A stretch of DNA of 64,000 bases from Rhizodiscina lignyota (Eukaryota). Both the position numbers and the translations under genes were made by a program. The stretch covers positions 496,001 to 560,000 of the forward strand of contig ML978132.1 in NCBI GenBank assembly GCA_010015805.1, in the 5' to 3' direction. Every line of letters begins with the position of its first letter. Position 1 is the first letter of the stretch. Shown here piece after piece: positions 61,174 to 64,000 of the stretch. The notes under the pieces were generated by a model. The model saw only the letters and a program-made list of their open reading frames with translations. It was not told the DNA's origin and did no database searches.

Positions 61174-62971
61174 TGTCCTTGATGCGCAGTAAACAAGTAA
61201 CACGGTGAGACGCGAAACTTAACTTGAGCACGCGGCGGCGAAGTGGTTGGCGCTATGCAACAAGATTCTGTGCGAATAGAGATTGCAATAGGCACGTAAA
61301 CAATACAGCCGAGTGCAGTAGAGAAGAGAGGCGTTGAGGCGAGGTCCAAAATTGAAACTCGCAAAGGTGAAGTGGAGTGAGTGAGGTTGGGAGAGCGAGG
61401 TGGTGGAGGGAAGTTAAATTTGTTCGCACACGCGCTAGGCAGCAGGGGGTCCAATCGTATTGTTTTGCTCGAGTGAAGCGAAGGTGTTACTCAGTGTTGT
61501 GGCGGAGTGAAGAGATAGTGGGTGGTCCTGATGTATCTGCGGAACGCCCCCTTGGCAACCACCCACTCTGCCCCAGAGAGAGCACCGTATTAAGCAGACT
61601 TCTTCAGACACGAGGAGTCGATAGGAAAGCACAGTTTAAAGCGGAGAGATAGGTTGGGTGGGGAAAATGTAGCGTTGCAGGGTCATCATGGGCTCCCGAT
61701 GTTGCAAAAGCGAGGACAACAGTAGTAGAGCAGCAGGCACAAGACGGACGGCGACGAGATTGACTGTGTTTAAGTGAAATTCTTTTGCATGCTCTCTTGG
61801 GTGCTGTCAGAGGCGCCATTTCTGATTATATTGAATTGGCGACCCTTTTCACTCAAGACTCGAATTTTGCAAGAAAAGCGGAAGAGATTAAAAAAAAACC
61901 GGCCTCCACCAGAATCAAACGGATCTGCAAAAGAGAACTCTTGACCCTGACCTACACTGTCGCCGTTAACTTTTAAAGTGTAGAAACCCCCTAGCATTTC
62001 GGGTTGTTTCTGTTACGACCGGTTCGATTCGAGCGAAGATTAGAGGAGGGAGGACGATGGCGTGGCTTCGCCATGTAATTATTCACACCCTCCGTCGGGA
62101 TAAAGCAGCTAGCTTACTGAACTAATCGTTTGCCAAACATGTGGGCTTAGATTGTGGTTAGATATATATCGTTTAGTTTAATTGGGGCCAGGTGGTACTT
62201 ACTAGTGCATATGCTACTATTCTTCCAACCTTCGTCTCCTTTCCAAGCAGCCATATTTCACTCCCGGAGGACAAGAGCAGGAATTTGCTCAGCACTCTTA
62301 CTAGTGGTTGGCAGGCTACGAGTACCATAGGGCCGTCTGGAACTATAGTCGGCCGATTGCCTGCTCAGATTTCGTACGCGCTCCGAGGGACTCATGGCAG
62401 GAAGTTCCCAGCGCGCTATTCGCATACGTCGTCATCACGGCAAGTCCCATCCATCTTGGGCAGTGTAGGCTCCGCGTAGACGTTACCGTCACGACTGGGC
62501 ATACTTTTACACATTCAACGAAGAGGGGCCAGGCATAGCGAGAACGATAGGAGTTGGATTGGGTATTGGGCAACCGGCTCCGGCAAGGCAACATTTCCGG
62601 GAGATACATGCACGACTTCGATGCCAGGAGGCTCATTGAACACTGGTGAAGAAGTTATTATGCATATTTTCCCAAGCTAAGGCAATATCGTTGAACGAAA
62701 CATGTGTAAGAGAAGCAAAATGCTATGTCACGTCCGGTCAGAACTCGGCATGACTAACTGAACAGAAGATGCTTCTAAAGAGGAAGCCATTTAGAATCAA
62801 AAATGAGAATAAACTCAACGTGGTGACTCTCCTTCAACCGCTCTCCACCCTACCCCCACCCATGACTCCAAAGATATGTGGGCTCCGATTAGTGTATCTT
62901 TTAGCATTGCTCTATTTCCAATCATCAAAACTTTTTATATGACAAGTCGCTATGCATCGCTATGCATGTAA

Positions 62972-64000
62972 TCATGAATCGAGGAAGGTAAAGAGATTCG
63001 TATGAACGACGTTCAACGCACGGTCGGCGTCACGCTCTTCGATCACACACGAGATGTTGATCTCGCTAGCACCTACTTCGAGTGTCAATTCTGATTCCTG
63101 GGGCCATTGGGAGCTCCCATGATAGTCGAGCTTACCTTGAGATATCATCTCAATATTGATATCATTCTCTCCCAAAACGGAGAAGAATTTTCCCGATATG
63201 CCGACCATATTCTTCAGCTGCTTGCCCACCAAGCTCACAATGGCCATCTCGCCAACCAGGTCAATGGCGCCAAACTTCTTCAAGTCAGTGATAGCGCCAT
63301 GCAGGTCTTGGTCCTGGATTTGGAGTTCCTCCTCGCCACCACCGCTCAGCATTGCCGATTCCGAGTGCAGTGCCATGGAGACATGCACCTCGCTGGAGGA
63401 AATCAGATCCACAGAAAGATGCCACTTATCCAAGATGGAAAAGATGTTCATGAGGAAGCCATGTGCACGGGTGCGCTTGTTACTGTGAACGTTCAGAACA
63501 ACAATGTTGTGCTTGATCGTGACGGCAGTGGGCCTCTTCGGGCGCTGCCCATTGGCTACCAGATTGCTTGCAGAGCGTGTGCGGAAGAGAGGGTTCTTGA
63601 CCACCAACTGATCTTCGGCATCTGGGTAGATGACGGTGCCTTTGATGCGAGGGTTCATAACATTCTTAATCCGGATTGGAATCTTAGCACGGATAACTTG
63701 TTCCATGGTAAAGGGGTGGATAACCTCCGAGCCATAGAATGTCAATTCAGCGGCCTCTGATGGTGTGACAGAATCGAGAAGATGCGCCGTGGCCACCTTG
63801 CGAGGATCGGCAGTGAAAATTCCGTCAACTTCCTTCCAGATCTGAAGCTCCGAAGCACGCAGGCCCACGGCAACAAGAGCGGCACAAAGATCAGTGTACC
63901 CACGTCCAACAGAGGTCAGTAGGCCTCCTGGCACGTTTCCAAAAAATCCAGTGATGACCGGTACTTTGTCGCCGCAGGAGCGCACCACGTCTACAAAGGT
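62972..64000 (-). CDS. HOM3: Aspartate kinase (3' part; 5' end beyond the window)
   Basis: VITGFFG, GRGYTDLCAAL, WKEVDGIFTADPR, EAAELTFYGSEVIHP, ACT domains (DLISSSEVHVS, NIEMISQG|ASEINISCVI); intron near 63134-63072. Confidence 0.96.
   Translation of the reverse strand, partial: TFVDVVRSCGDKVPVITGFFGNVPGGLLTSVGRGYTDLCAALVAVGLRASELQIWKEVDGIFTADPRKVATAHLLDSVTPSEAAELTFYGSEVIHPFTMEQVIRAKIPIRIKNVMNPRIKGTVIYPDAEDQLVVKNPLFRTRSASNLVANGQRPKRPTAVTIKHNIVVLNVHSNKRTRAHGFLMNIFSILDKWHLSVDLISSSEVHVSMALHSESAMLSGGGEEELQIQDQDLHGAITDLKKFGAIDLVGEMAIVSLVGKQLKNMVGISGKFFSVLGENDINIEMISQGKLDYHGSSQWPQESELTLEVGASEINISCVIEERDADRALNVVHTNLFTFLDS

Noticed and set aside
62192..62650. Possible gene fragment downstream of aspartokinase
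   Set aside because: Only short ORFs with stops in all frames and no recognisable motif.

Overview
Gene-dense, intron-containing DNA from a filamentous ascomycete (Pezizomycotina-like; inferred from short GT-AG introns with CTRAY-type branch sites and from gene content). About 24 protein-coding genes can be modelled by hand-splicing the ORF track. Housekeeping genes: deoxyhypusine synthase, SNT1, RAD14/XPA, PHO88/SND3, BUR1/SGV1 kinase, complex I NDUFB2-like subunit, aspartokinase (partial) and a ZUP1/Mug105-type C78 peptidase. Accessory genes: NACHT-ankyrin NLR (partial), GMC oxidoreductase, beta-lactamase-family esterase, F-box-like protein, GNAT, ceruloplasmin-like cupredoxin, omega-type GST, GFA protein, STAND N-terminal-domain protein, SDR, P450 and a secreted cupin-like protein. 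No rRNA, tRNA, CRISPR or intact transposon was recognised. The main unexplained signal is a cryptic, highly degenerate ~55-bp periodic array of about 28 units at ~56,020-57,560, with a 165-166-bp higher-order repeat, in an apparently gene-free interval. Other notable items are a two-domain ceruloplasmin-like protein with remodelled copper ligands, a probably inactive USP7-like domain fused to MORN repeats and a RING finger, and a splice donor overlapping the C78 peptidase stop codon that could add a ~365-aa tail. All calls come from reading the sequence; no database searches were run.
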